Shown: piece after piece, positions 1 through 8,884 of the stretch
Layout of the letters: each line of letters begins with the position of its first letter
Position numbering within the stretch: position 1 is the first letter of the stretch
Assembly (NCBI GenBank): GCA_002256005.1
Contig: NKIQ01000017.1
Span: forward strand, 5,040 to 69,039
Direction: 5' to 3'
Length of the DNA: 64,000 nucleotides
Source: Alphaproteobacteria bacterium PA4
Lineage (GTDB): Bacteria > Pseudomonadota > Alphaproteobacteria > Sphingomonadales > Sphingomonadaceae
The notes under the pieces: generated by a model
Told to the model about the DNA's origin: nothing
What the model saw: only the letters and a program-made list of their open reading frames with translations
Databases searched by the model: none
Position numbers and translations under genes: made by a program

Positions 1-2
1 CC

Positions 3-875
3 TCCAACGAGGTGTTCCACCTGCCCGCCCTGCCCCGCCGCATCGTCATCGCCGGCGGCGGCTATATCGCCAATGAATTCGCCGGCATCTTCCATGAACT
101 GGGCGTCGACGTCACGCTGATCAACCGCAGCGAGACCATCTTGCGCGAATGGGAACCGGCGCTCGCCGAACGCCTGCTCGGCATTTCGATGGCCAAGGGC
201 ATCGGTTTCAAGCTCAACTGCCGGCTCGACCGGCTGGAGCGGAGCGGCGACGCCATCACCGTGCATTTCAAGGACGGCAAGAGCATCGAGACGGACTGCT
301 TCCTCTGGGCCGTCGGCCGCCGCCCCAATATCGAGGGGCTGGGGCTGGAGGCTGCCGGCATCACGCTCAACGACAAGGGCGCCATCGCGGTGTCGCCCGA
401 CAGCCAGACCAGCGTGCCGCACATCTATGCCGTGGGTGACGTCACCGACCGCATCCAGCTCACCCCCATCGCCATCCGCGAGGGCCATGCCGTCGCCGAC
501 ACGCTGTTCGGCAACAAGCCCTGGATCGTCGATCATGGCTGTGTGCCGAGCGCGGTGTTCTCGAACCCGCCGCTGGGCAGCGTCGGGCTGACGGAATCGC
601 AGGCGCGCAACACCTATGGCCGGGTGCGCGTCTATACGTCGGACTTCCGGCCGATGCGCAATGTGCTCGCCGGCCGCAACGAACGCGCGCTGTACAAGCT
701 GATCGTCGATGAAGCGAGCGACCGCGTCGTCGGCGCGCACATGATCGGGCCGGACGCGCCGGAAATCCTGCAGGCCGTCGCCATCGCCATCAAGGCAAAG
801 CTGACCAAAGCGCAGTTCGACGATACAGTGGCGCTGCATCCGACGATGAGCGAGGAACTCGTTCTCATGCGTTGA
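3..875 (+). CDS. gor: glutathione-disulfide reductase, C-terminal part (5' end outside window)
   Basis: ORF is open to the window edge. It has the NAD(P)-binding motif [13 protein letters not shown] and the C-terminal signature [15 protein letters not shown] typical of glutathione reductase. Confidence 0.8.
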   Translation, partial: SNEVFHLPALPRRIVIAGGGYIANEFAGIFHELGVDVTLINRSETILREWEPALAERLLGISMAKGIGFKLNCRLDRLERSGDAITVHFKDGKSIETDCFLWAVGRRPNIEGLGLEAAGITLNDKGAIAVSPDSQTSVPHIYAVGDVTDRIQLTPIAIREGHAVADTLFGNKPWIVDHGCVPSAVFSNPPLGSVGLTESQARNTYGRVRVYTSDFRPMRNVLAGRNERALYKLIVDEASDRVVGAHMIGPDAPEILQAVAIAIKAKLTKAQFDDTVALHPTMSEELVLMR

Positions 876-880
876 TCTGC

Positions 881-975
881 CCCTCCCTCCCCCTTGCGGG
901 GAGGGCGACTCGGCGCCAGCCGAGCGGGGTGGGGGTCACACCCGTCGTAACCCCCTGCCACCCCCCCCGCCCCCA
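881..975. repeat. family-B GC-rich extragenic palindromic element (copy B1)
   Basis: 881-935 is the exact reverse complement of 20199-20253. It contains two tandem hairpins (CTCCCC-CTTGC-GGGGAG and CTCGGC-GCCA-GCCGAG) followed by a C8 tract at 961-968. Confidence 0.85.
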
Positions 976-1008
976 GCGAATTTCTTGCGTCCCCCGGCAT
1001 CCTGCGCC

Positions 1009-2403
1009 ATGGGAAACGCCATCATGACCATCACCTCTTCCTGGACCCCGACCAGCTGGCGCGCGCATGAAGCCCGGCAGCTGCCCGCCTATCCCGATGC
1101 CGCGGCGCTGGCCGCTGTCGAAACCGAGCTGAAATCCTATCCGCCCCTGGTCTTCGCCGGCGAAGCCCGCGACCTGACCGCCAGCCTCGCCGATGTCGAG
1201 GCCGGCAAGGCCTTCCTGCTCCAGGGCGGCGATTGCGCCGAAAGCTTCGCCGATTTCCACCCCAACAACATCCGCGACACCTTCCGCGTGCTGCTGCAGA
1301 TGGCGGTGGTGCTGACCTTTGCGTCGAAGCTGCCGGTGGTGAAGGTCGGGCGCATGGCCGGCCAATATGCCAAGCCGCGCTCCGGCGATTTCGAGGAACA
1401 GGGCGGCGTCTCGCTGCCCAGCTATCGCGGCGACAATGTCAACGACATCGCCTTTACCGCGGAAGCGCGCACGCCCAATCCCGAGCGCATGCGCACCGGC
1501 TACATGCAGTCGGCAGCGACGCTCAACCTGCTGCGCGCCTTTGCCAGCGGCGGCTATGCCAATCTCCACCAGGTCCACAAATGGAATCTGGATTTCACCG
1601 GGCGGTCCTTGTGGTCCGACCAGTATCAGGCGCTGGCCGATCGCATCGGCGAAGCGCTGGATTTCATGGCCGCCTGCGGCATTTCCCCGGAAACCGTGCC
1701 GCAGCTGAAGGGCACCAGCTTCTTCACCAGCCATGAGGCGCTGCTGCTCGGCTATGAAGAGGCGATGACCCGGCAGGATTCGCTGACCGGCGACTGGTAC
1801 GACACCTCGGCGCACATGCTGTGGATCGGTGACCGCACCCGCTTTGCCGGCTCGGCGCATGTCGAGTTCCTGCGCGGCGTCGGCAATCCATTGGGCCTCA
1901 AATGTGGGCCGACGACGGAGCCGGACGATCTCCTCCGCCTCATCGACATTCTCAACCCGCAGAATGTCCCCGGCCGGCTGACGCTCATCACCCGCTTCGG
2001 CCATGACAAGGTCGAGCAGCATCTGCCGCGCCTCATCCGCGCCGTGCAGAAGGAAGGCCGCCGCGTCATCTGGTCGTGCGACCCGATGCACGGCAATACG
2101 GTGAAGGCCGCCGGCGGGCTGAAGACGCGGCCGTTCGACCGCATCCTGTCGGAAGTGAAGGGTTTCTTCGCCGTGCACCGCGCCGAAGGCAGCCATGCCG
2201 GCGGCATCCATGTCGAAATGACCGGGCAGAATGTGACCGAATGCACCGGCGGCGCCATCGCCATCACCGACGAGGGCCTCGCCGACCGCTACCAGACCCA
2301 GTGCGACCCCCGCCTCAACGCCAGCCAGAGCCTTGAACTCGCCTTCCTGATCGCCGAAGCGCTGAAGGCGGAACGGGAGGCGCGACCGGCAAAGGCGGCG
2401 TGA
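1009..2403 (+). CDS. class II (plant/AroH-type) 3-deoxy-7-phosphoheptulonate (DAHP) synthase
   Basis: About 460 aa. N-terminus [19 protein letters not shown] and internal GDCAESF and [11 protein letters not shown] are typical of class II DAHP synthases. Start is uncertain (TTG 985, ATG 1009 or ATG 1024). Confidence 0.85.
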   Translation: MGNAIMTITSSWTPTSWRAHEARQLPAYPDAAALAAVETELKSYPPLVFAGEARDLTASLADVEAGKAFLLQGGDCAESFADFHPNNIRDTFRVLLQMAVVLTFASKLPVVKVGRMAGQYAKPRSGDFEEQGGVSLPSYRGDNVNDIAFTAEARTPNPERMRTGYMQSAATLNLLRAFASGGYANLHQVHKWNLDFTGRSLWSDQYQALADRIGEALDFMAACGISPETVPQLKGTSFFTSHEALLLGYEEAMTRQDSLTGDWYDTSAHMLWIGDRTRFAGSAHVEFLRGVGNPLGLKCGPTTEPDDLLRLIDILNPQNVPGRLTLITRFGHDKVEQHLPRLIRAVQKEGRRVIWSCDPMHGNTVKAAGGLKTRPFDRILSEVKGFFAVHRAEGSHAGGIHVEMTGQNVTECTGGAIAITDEGLADRYQTQCDPRLNASQSLELAFLIAEALKAEREARPAKAA

Positions 2404-2451
2404 GGCCGGAGCGATGAAGTTGCAACCTTGTAGCGGTGCGAGGATTCGGAA

Positions 2452-2532
2452 ATGAGCCCTTCTATCGTGTACGCCATGTTTTTCGTCATGGGTCTGTTCG
2501 GCACGATTGCCGCCTATGCCGTGACGCATTGA
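2452..2532 (+). CDS. possible 26-aa hydrophobic micro-protein (MSPSIVYAMFFVMGLFGTIAAYAVTH)
   Basis: ATG is preceded by GAGG about 9 nt upstream. One predicted TM helix. The ORF is below the track cutoff and its codon usage is AT-richer than neighbouring genes. No homology support. Confidence 0.25.
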   Translation: MSPSIVYAMFFVMGLFGTIAAYAVTH

Positions 2533-2670
2533 CCGCGCGCCTTCGCCGCGTCGACCGCTCCGCGTTACGGACGAACCGACGCGCGGCGCGCAGTTCGACT
2601 TCGCACGATACCGCCGCGGTGACCCACGCCAGGCCAGCGCGAGTTTCCATATCTTGCTGCACAGCGATCG

Positions 2671-2696
2671 CTTAGCTATATACTTAGCCAAGGAGG
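2671..2696 (+). promoter_or_regulatory. candidate vapB promoter/operator: direct repeat CTTAGC-TATATA-CTTAGC followed by AAGGAGG Shine-Dalgarno
   Basis: Direct 6-mers at 2671-2676 and 2683-2688 flank a TATATA (-10-like) box. AGGAGG at 2691-2696 lies 5 nt before the ATG at 2702. Confidence 0.3.
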
Positions 2697-2701
2697 CGCG
2701 C

Positions 2702-2935
2702 ATGGCCCAGTTTTCGGTTCACGATGCCAAGACCAACCTGTCGCGCCTGATCGCCGATGCGCTGGCCGGCGGCGAAGTGGTGATCGCGCGCGGGTCTGTG
2801 CCAGTGGTGCGGCTGGTACCGGTGGATCCGCCCGGTCGCCGCGCATTTGGCGCCCTGAAGGGCCGGATCAACAGCGATGCACGCTTTGACGAGCCGCTGC
2901 CCGAGGCCGAACTGGCGGCGTGGCAGCTCGCTTGA
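2702..2935 (+). CDS. vapB: type II antitoxin, Phd/YefM-like (VapB role)
   Basis: 77 aa beginning MAQFSVHDAKTNLSRLIADA..GEVVIARGSVPVVRLVPV, a typical Phd/YefM fold signature. It overlaps the start of the downstream PIN toxin gene. Confidence 0.8.
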   Translation: MAQFSVHDAKTNLSRLIADALAGGEVVIARGSVPVVRLVPVDPPGRRAFGALKGRINSDARFDEPLPEAELAAWQLA

Positions 2936-3318
2936 AACTGCTGCTCGATACGCATGCCCTGATCTGGTGGCTGGCCGGCGACGCGGCGTTGAGCCGGCGC
3001 GCGCAGGACGCCATCGCCGACGAAGCCAATAGCGTGGCGGTCAGCGCCGCCTCCGCCATGGAAGTCGCCACCAAATTCCGTATCGGCAAGTTGCCGGGGG
3101 CAGCGCTGCTGGCGCAGGATTTCGAAGCCATCGTCGCCGCTCAGGGCTTTGCCGAACTGCCGATCAGTGTGTCCCACGCCCGCCTTGCCGGCGAAATGAA
3201 GATCGACCATCAGGACCCGTTCGACCGCTTCCTGATCGCCCAGGCGCTGGCCGACTCCATGGTACTGGTGTCGAACGAAGCGCTGTTCGACCGCTTTGCC
3301 GTGCAGCGCCTCTGGTAG
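2932..3318 (+). CDS. vapC: type II toxin, PIN-domain ribonuclease VapC
   Basis: (L/M)[13 protein letters not shown]-terminus with the conserved acidic D, and a later [13 protein letters not shown] motif. TTG 2932 overlaps the antitoxin stop (TTGA). Alternative start is GTG 2920. Confidence 0.8.
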   Translation: MKLLLDTHALIWWLAGDAALSRRAQDAIADEANSVAVSAASAMEVATKFRIGKLPGAALLAQDFEAIVAAQGFAELPISVSHARLAGEMKIDHQDPFDRFLIAQALADSMVLVSNEALFDRFAVQRLW

Positions 3319-3382
3319 CCCGCCCTCTGGCGCGCCCCACGCGCCTGCGTTAGGCTGGCGTCATCCCAACAGGACCACCCGC

Positions 3383-3838
3383 ATGCCGACGAAACTCACC
3401 CTGAATGGCAAGGCCGTGACGGTCGATGCCGATCCCGAGATGCCCCTGCTCTGGGTGCTCCGCGACGTGCTGGGGCTGACGGGGACGAAATATGGCTGCG
3501 GCGTCGCGCAATGCGGCGCCTGCACCGTGCATCTGGATGGCCAGCCGGTGCGCGCCTGCCAGACGCCGCTGGGCAGCGTCGGCAAGGGCCGGATCACCAC
3601 GATCGAGGCGCTGGCGACGAGCCCGGTGGGGCGGAAGTTGCAGGACGCCTGGGTGGCGCTGGATGTGCCGCAATGCGGTTATTGCCAGGCCGGGCAGCTG
3701 ATGAGCGCGGCGGCGCTGCTGCGGGACAATCCGCGGCCCGACGATGCCGCCATCGATGCGGCGATGACCGGCAATTACTGCCGCTGCGCCACCTACAACC
3801 GCATCCGCGCCGCCATCAAACAGGCGGCCGTCGCATGA
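3383..3838 (+). CDS. (2Fe-2S)-binding small subunit of a xanthine-oxidase-family molybdoenzyme (IorA / aldehyde oxidoreductase type)
   Basis: 151 aa. Two Cys clusters, [12 protein letters not shown] and CGYCQAG...CRCATY, are typical of the [2Fe-2S] subunit. The stop overlaps the next start (ATGA). Confidence 0.85.
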   Translation: MPTKLTLNGKAVTVDADPEMPLLWVLRDVLGLTGTKYGCGVAQCGACTVHLDGQPVRACQTPLGSVGKGRITTIEALATSPVGRKLQDAWVALDVPQCGYCQAGQLMSAAALLRDNPRPDDAAIDAAMTGNYCRCATYNRIRAAIKQAAVA

Positions 3839-6003
3839 GCGCGGCACTCAACCGCCGGCAATTGCTGGTCGCTGGTGCCGTTGCCGGCGGCGGGATGTGG
3901 CTGGGCCTCGCCCCCGCCGGGGCCGCCATGGCCGAGGCGCAGGCGCTGAACCCCTGGGTGCGCATCGGCGGCGATGGCAGCATCACCATCGTCTCGCACA
4001 ATCCGGAAATCGGCCAGGGCATCAAGACGTCGATCCCGATGCTGGTCGCCGAGGAGCTGGATGTCGATTGGGCCACGGTGCGCATCGAACAGGCGCTGGC
4101 CAACAGCAAGGTCTACGGCCGCCAGGTCGCCGGTGGCAGCATGGCGACGACGTTGCAGTACGATGCGCTGCGCCGCGTCGGCGCCGGTGCGCGGGCGCTG
4201 CTGGTGGCGGCGGCCGCGGCGGAATGGGGCGTGCCGGCTGGCGCACTGACCACCGCCGGGGGCCGGGTGTTTCATCCCGAAACCGCCCGAAATCTCCCCT
4301 ACAGCGCCCTCGCCGCCCGCGCCGCGACCCTGCCGCCGCCCGATATCGCCACACTCGTTCTGAAAAACCCAAAGGATTTCAAGATTGTCGGCAAGCCGAT
4401 CAGCGGCGTCGACAACCGCAAGGTCGTCACCGGCCAGCCGCTGTTCGGGCTCGACACCATGCTGCCCGGCATGAAATTCGCGGTGTTCGAAAAATGCCCC
4501 ACCTATGGTGGCAAGGTCGCCAGCGCCGATCTGGCGGCGGTCAAGGCGGCCAAGGGCGTGCGCGGTGCCTTCATCGTTCCCGGCCATGGCGGCGATTATG
4601 AACTGGCCTCGGGCGTCGCCATCATCGCCGACAGCTTCTGGCACGCCAACCAGGCCCGTGCCGCGCTGGCCGTGCAATGGGATCGCGGCGTCGGCGCCGG
4701 GCAATCGAGCGCGGGCTTTGCCGCCCATGCGGCGACGCTGGCCGACACGCAAGGCCCGAAGATCATTACCGAAAGCGGCGATGCCGCCGCCGCGCTCGGC
4801 CGGGCGGCGAAGCGCGTCAAGGCCAGCTACAGCTACCCCTTCCTCGCCCATGCGCCCCTGGAGCCGATGAACTGCACGGCGCGCGTCACCGGCGGCAAGG
4901 TCGAGCTCTGGGCACCGACGCAGAATCCGGAACCGGGGCGCAAGGCCGTGGCCAGCGCACTTGGCATCCCCGAAACCGACATCACCATCCACATGATGCG
5001 CTGCGGCGGCGGCTTCGGCCGGCGGCTGGGCATCGAATATATGGTCGAAGCGGCGTGGATCGCCCGCGCAGCCGGCGTGCCGGTGAAGCTGGTGTGGAGC
5101 CGCGAGGACGACATGACCCGCGGGCTGCTGCGCCCCGGCGGCTTCCACCATCTCGAGGCCGGGCTGGACGCGGACGGCAAGGTCATCGCCTGGCGCAACC
5201 ATTTCGTGAGTTACGGCGATGGCGAGAAATATGCGCGTGCGGCGGAACTGGACGCAACGCAATTCCCGGCGCGCTTCGTTGAAAACATGGCGGTTTCCGG
5301 CACGATGCAGGCACTGGCCGCGCCCACCGGCTATCTGCGCGCGCCGGCCAACAACGCCTTCGGCTTCGTCATGCAGGGCTTCATCGACGAACTGGCACAC
5401 GCCGCCGGTGCCGATCCGCTACAGTTCCGCCGCGATCTGCTCGGCCCGGCGCGGCTGGTCGGCGAACCCGGCAAACGCGACAGTTACGACGCCGGCCGCG
5501 CCCGCGCCGTGCTCGACAAGGCGGCGGTGATGGCCGGCTGGGGGCGCAAACTGCCGGCGCGATCCGGCCTCGGCATCGCCTTTCATTTCAGCCATTTGGG
5601 TTACTTCGCCAGCGTTGTCGAAGCCAGCGTCGCCGCCGATGGCGCGGTCAAGGTGGCGAAGGTCTGGGTCGCCGGCGATGTCGGCCGCCAGATCGTCAAC
5701 CCCTCGGGCGCCATCAACCAGGTGCAGGGCAGCGTCCTCGATGCGCTCGGCTCCTCGCTCGGCCAGGCCATCACGTTGAAGGACGGTGCCATCGAACAGA
5801 GCAATTACGACGCCTATCCGCTGCTGCGCATGGCCGATGCCCCGCCGGTAGAGGTCGCCTTCGTCCTCTCCGACCACAACCCCACCGGCCTCGGCGAACC
5901 CGGCTATCCGGCGACGCCACCGGCGCTGGTCAATGCTATCTTTGCGGCGACGGGCGTGCGCGTGCGGTCGCTGCCGATCGATACGGGACTGCTGAAGGTT
6001 TGA
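3835..6003 (+). CDS. molybdopterin-binding large subunit (IorB / aldehyde oxidoreductase beta type) with Tat signal
   Basis: 722 aa. N-terminal twin-arginine signal [33 protein letters not shown]. Long molybdopterin-binding-type body. Start chosen at the ATGA overlap rather than the longer ORF start at 3511. Confidence 0.8.
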   Translation: MSAALNRRQLLVAGAVAGGGMWLGLAPAGAAMAEAQALNPWVRIGGDGSITIVSHNPEIGQGIKTSIPMLVAEELDVDWATVRIEQALANSKVYGRQVAGGSMATTLQYDALRRVGAGARALLVAAAAAEWGVPAGALTTAGGRVFHPETARNLPYSALAARAATLPPPDIATLVLKNPKDFKIVGKPISGVDNRKVVTGQPLFGLDTMLPGMKFAVFEKCPTYGGKVASADLAAVKAAKGVRGAFIVPGHGGDYELASGVAIIADSFWHANQARAALAVQWDRGVGAGQSSAGFAAHAATLADTQGPKIITESGDAAAALGRAAKRVKASYSYPFLAHAPLEPMNCTARVTGGKVELWAPTQNPEPGRKAVASALGIPETDITIHMMRCGGGFGRRLGIEYMVEAAWIARAAGVPVKLVWSREDDMTRGLLRPGGFHHLEAGLDADGKVIAWRNHFVSYGDGEKYARAAELDATQFPARFVENMAVSGTMQALAAPTGYLRAPANNAFGFVMQGFIDELAHAAGADPLQFRRDLLGPARLVGEPGKRDSYDAGRARAVLDKAAVMAGWGRKLPARSGLGIAFHFSHLGYFASVVEASVAADGAVKVAKVWVAGDVGRQIVNPSGAINQVQGSVLDALGSSLGQAITLKDGAIEQSNYDAYPLLRMADAPPVEVAFVLSDHNPTGLGEPGYPATPPALVNAIFAATGVRVRSLPIDTGLLKV

Positions 6004-6013
6004 AGGGTTCAGG

Positions 6014-6396
6014 GCCTCCGGCGGCTGGGGCCTCAGGGTCCGGACTCATAAATTACAGGGGTCGGCATGGGCTGGAGAGGCGAAATGGCGAGGCGCGGGC
6101 GCGCTGGCGGGGCTTTGCCCCCCGGCGAGCGACCGCAACGACGCCATTTCGCCTCTCCAGCCCACCCGCAGGGCGCGGTCAGCAAGCCCGGCAGAGCGCT
6201 CGCTCATTTGCCAGATAGCGATGCTATCTGGCTGCAATCGCTCACTCCTGCCGAGCTTGCTGACCGCGTGACGACCCCTGTTATTTATGGGTCCGGACCC
6301 TAGGCCCCAGACCCCGATCGATTATTTGGCCCTTATGTCGCCGCAGGCATACCAATCGAATGGGGTCTGGGGCCTGAGGCCCCAGCCGCCGGAGGC
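6014..6396. repeat. family-A composite palindromic element (inverted pair of 35-nt units), left unit interrupted by a 265-bp insertion
   Basis: Left outer arm GCCTCCGGCGGCTGGGGCC at 6014-6032. Right unit GGGGTCTGGGGCCTGAGGCCCCAGCCGCCGGAGGC at 6362-6396. The rest of the left unit (AGGCCCCAGACCCC) resumes at 6302-6315, after the insertion. Confidence 0.8.
6036..6300. mobile_element. MITE-like 265-bp element with 29-bp terminal inverted repeats and three internal stems (or a structured ncRNA gene)
   Basis: TIRs at 6036-6064 and 6272-6300 match 27/29. Internal perfect 22-bp stem at 6069-6090/6142-6163. A 20/21 stem at 6174-6194/6248-6268 encloses a 9-bp hairpin at 6210-6218/6224-6232. No credible ORF. 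Confidence 0.45.
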
Positions 6397-6408
6397 ACTT
6401 TTTGCGCC

Positions 6409-7461
6409 CTATTCGAACGTCAGGTCGCCGCTTTCCGGCTCCACCAGATGCCGCGCCACATCGGCATCGCTGACTGCAGCCAGTGTCGCCGGCGACCACA
6501 GCGGGTTGCGGTCCTTGTCGAGCAGTTGCGCGCGCACGCCTTCGAAAAAGTCATGGCCGTTGCGGATTTCGCAGACCATCCGGTATTCGGCGATCAGCGC
6601 GTCCTCGATGCTGGCATCGCCGGCGAGGCGCAGGCCGGCGAGCGTCAGCTTGCACGAGGTCGGCGACATTTTCCGGATGATCGCCGCCTGGTCCTGGGCC
6701 CAGTCGTCACCGCTGTCGAGGCTGGCGAGAATGGCCTCGACACTGTCATGGCCGAAATGGAAATCGATGCCGTCGCGCAGCACGGCGAGCGGCGCCGGGC
6801 CGGGGTCCTGGTGCAGGGTTTCGAGGATTTCGGCCTCGCTTTCGGGGCTTTCCGCCAGCAGGTCGCGCAGCACCGGCAGCCGCTCCACGGCCACGAAATG
6901 CGTGGCGATACCGGCGTAAACGCAGTCCGCCGCCTTCAGCCGGGCACCGGTCAGCGCCGCCCAGGTGCCGATCTCGCCGGGCAGGCGCGACAGGGCATGG
7001 GTGCCGCCGACATCGGGGATCAGGCCGATGCCGGTTTCGGGCATGGCAAACAGCGTGCGTTCGGTGGCGACGCGATACGGCCCATGGATCGACAGGCCGA
7101 CGCCGCCGCCCATGGTGACGCCGTCGAGGATGGCGACATAGGGGATGGCGGTGCGCGCGATCGCCTGGTTCATCCGATATTCGTCGTGGAAAAAGCCTTC
7201 GTACAATTCGCGATCCTGCCGGCCGCGGCGGGCGAGCAGCGCGACATCGCCGCCAGCGCAAAAGGCGCGGTCGCCGGCCCCCTCGATGACGATCCGGCCG
7301 ATGTCGGGATCACCAGCGGCATCGAACAGCGCGCGGTGGATGGTGCGCGCCATGGCGAGGTTGAGCGCGTTCAGCGCCGCCGGGCGGTTGAGCGTCAGCC
7401 ACAGCGCGCGGCCACGGCGTGCCACCAGCACTTCGGGTTCGGAAGGGGCTGTGTCGGTCAT
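6409..7461 (-). CDS. enoyl-CoA hydratase/isomerase family protein, 3-hydroxyisobutyryl-CoA hydrolase type
   Basis: 350 aa. Crotonase-fold N-terminus LTLNRPAALNALN...RAFCAGGD plus the long C-terminal extension typical of HIBCH-type hydrolases. Confidence 0.7.
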   Translation of the reverse strand: MTDTAPSEPEVLVARRGRALWLTLNRPAALNALNLAMARTIHRALFDAAGDPDIGRIVIEGAGDRAFCAGGDVALLARRGRQDRELYEGFFHDEYRMNQAIARTAIPYVAILDGVTMGGGVGLSIHGPYRVATERTLFAMPETGIGLIPDVGGTHALSRLPGEIGTWAALTGARLKAADCVYAGIATHFVAVERLPVLRDLLAESPESEAEILETLHQDPGPAPLAVLRDGIDFHFGHDSVEAILASLDSGDDWAQDQAAIIRKMSPTSCKLTLAGLRLAGDASIEDALIAEYRMVCEIRNGHDFFEGVRAQLLDKDRNPLWSPATLAAVSDADVARHLVEPESGDLTFE

Positions 7462-7910
7462 GATCGTTCCACCATATTGGCCCCGTCGGGCATCGGCTGC
7501 GGCAGGCAGCTTGTCGTCAACTTCGCGATCAGCCTGCCGGTTTCATCGGTCAGCTCCGCCTCCATGAAGGCGACGCTACGGCCCAGCTTGATGCACCGGC
7601 CGGTGGCATAGAGCCAGGCGTTGGCCTTGGCCGGCGCCATGAAGCTGGTTTTCAGCTCGATGGTCGGCACCACGATGCGCTTGCCGGATTTGACGATGGC
7701 GGCGACCGCGGCGGCATCGTCGAGCATGGCGACGAGGATGCCGCCCTGCACATTGCCCATCGGGTTGCAGAAATCCTTGCCGACGCGGAACCGCATCTTC
7801 ACCTCACCGGCCGCGCTGTCGACGCTCAATAGCTCCTGCCCCAGCAAGATGGCGGTCGGCGGCACATAGGTCCGCATGCGGTGCAGCAATTCTTCGTCGG
7901 TCATCGGCAT
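7458..7910 (-). CDS. PaaI-family hotdog-fold thioesterase
   Basis: About 150 aa with NPMGNVQGGILVAMLDDA, a PaaI/YbgC-like motif. Its stop overlaps the downstream start (ATGA). Start at ATG 7910 or 7904. Confidence 0.7.
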   Translation of the reverse strand: MPMTDEELLHRMRTYVPPTAILLGQELLSVDSAAGEVKMRFRVGKDFCNPMGNVQGGILVAMLDDAAAVAAIVKSGKRIVVPTIELKTSFMAPAKANAWLYATGRCIKLGRSVAFMEAELTDETGRLIAKLTTSCLPQPMPDGANMVERS

Positions 7911-7969
7911 GGCTGCCGATCTCGCACAGCCGCCTGCCGGCGGCAATGGTCATCGCGGGGGACGCGCGC

Positions 7970-8758
7970 TCAGGCCGGCAGGGTGCGGCGTCGGCGCTGA
8001 ACGGCACCGACCAGGCCGAAACCGGCAATCAGCATGGCCCAGCTTGCCGGCTCCGGCACGCCGCCGAAGATCGGCGGGATGATCGGGATCTGCGCGACAA
8101 TGTTGACGCGACCCAGCAGCTGCGCATTGTTGACCTGGCGTTCCACCGTGTCGAACACCGGCGCGTCGAAGCCGCCGATGCGGAATTCATGGGTTTCGAT
8201 CGAATAGATGGTGTTGCCGACCAGGAAATTGTCCGAGCCCGAATTGAACACGTTGATGACGCGATCGGCGCAGCCATTGATGTTGATGCCCTGGGCGTTG
8301 GCACCGCCATAGTTGCAGGGATTGAGGTTGTTATGGGTTTCGTGGTGATAGAAATCGATCAGGAAGGTCTTGGTGCCGACCAGCACATTGTCGATCCGCA
8401 CATCGCCCTTGATGCTCAGCTGCACGGTCGTCAGCCAGGGCGCGAAGATCGGAAAATTGTTGTGGGTGAAATTGGCGAAGACGAATTCGGCGGACGGGCT
8501 GCCTTCGGTGACATCGACCGGATCGAAGACATTGGCGCTGACCAGATAGCTGCTGCGCTGGTTGCCGACCGCCGGTCGCCCCCATGACACCTGCGATGTC
8601 GTCGCGTTGATCGTGTCGATCGTCGGGGCACCGCCATTGTTGAGCGTACCGCCCAGCCATTTGGCTTCGGTGGCGAGGAAGGAAAAGCTGACAGCGGCGG
8701 CCGGTGCCGCCATGGTGCCGGCCAGTACGGCCAACAGGCAACCAATTGACTTCATCAT
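7970..8758 (-). CDS. secreted PEP-CTERM (PEPxxWA variant) sorting-domain protein with THNN motif
   Basis: Sec signal MMKSIGCLLAVLAGTMAAPAAA. C-terminus VPEPASWAMLIAGFGLVGAVQRRRR is PEP motif + TM + Arg cluster. Internal HHETHNN. G-rich SD lies before ATG 8758. Confidence 0.8.
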   Translation of the reverse strand: MMKSIGCLLAVLAGTMAAPAAAVSFSFLATEAKWLGGTLNNGGAPTIDTINATTSQVSWGRPAVGNQRSSYLVSANVFDPVDVTEGSPSAEFVFANFTHNNFPIFAPWLTTVQLSIKGDVRIDNVLVGTKTFLIDFYHHETHNNLNPCNYGGANAQGININGCADRVINVFNSGSDNFLVGNTIYSIETHEFRIGGFDAPVFDTVERQVNNAQLLGRVNIVAQIPIIPPIFGGVPEPASWAMLIAGFGLVGAVQRRRRTLPA

Positions 8759-8884
8759 GATCACTACCCCCCTTTGAGTATCGATGCAGGATTTGTCGTC
8801 TTTGATTGCTTGCAATTTGCCAGATTCGCCCCCCACCCGCAATTATCGGACGATAGGGGTGCGCGGGCCGCAGCCCCGGCCGCG

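Noticed and set aside
865-2703. Long antisense or out-of-frame ORFs covering real genes. Examples: 865-2703(-), 9856-11769(-), 15254-16903(-), 26347-28428(+), 32695-34686(+), 46886-50704(+), 52410-53534(-) and 53658-55439(-).
   Set aside because: Their translations are Arg/Gly/Ala/Pro-rich low-complexity strings with no recognisable motifs. They lie opposite genes with strong family signatures. In high-GC DNA stop codons are rare, so such shadow ORFs are expected.
3511-3834. 5' extension of the molybdoenzyme large-subunit ORF (830-aa version).
   Set aside because: The extension overlaps the [2Fe-2S] subunit gene in another frame and translates to Arg/Gly-rich nonsense. The ATG at 3835 gives a clean Tat signal and an ATGA coupling.
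6067-6303. ORFs of 60-78 aa predicted inside the 6004-6400 intergenic region.
   Set aside because: They run through nested perfect inverted repeats and repeat-family units. The sequence is better explained as structured or mobile non-coding DNA.
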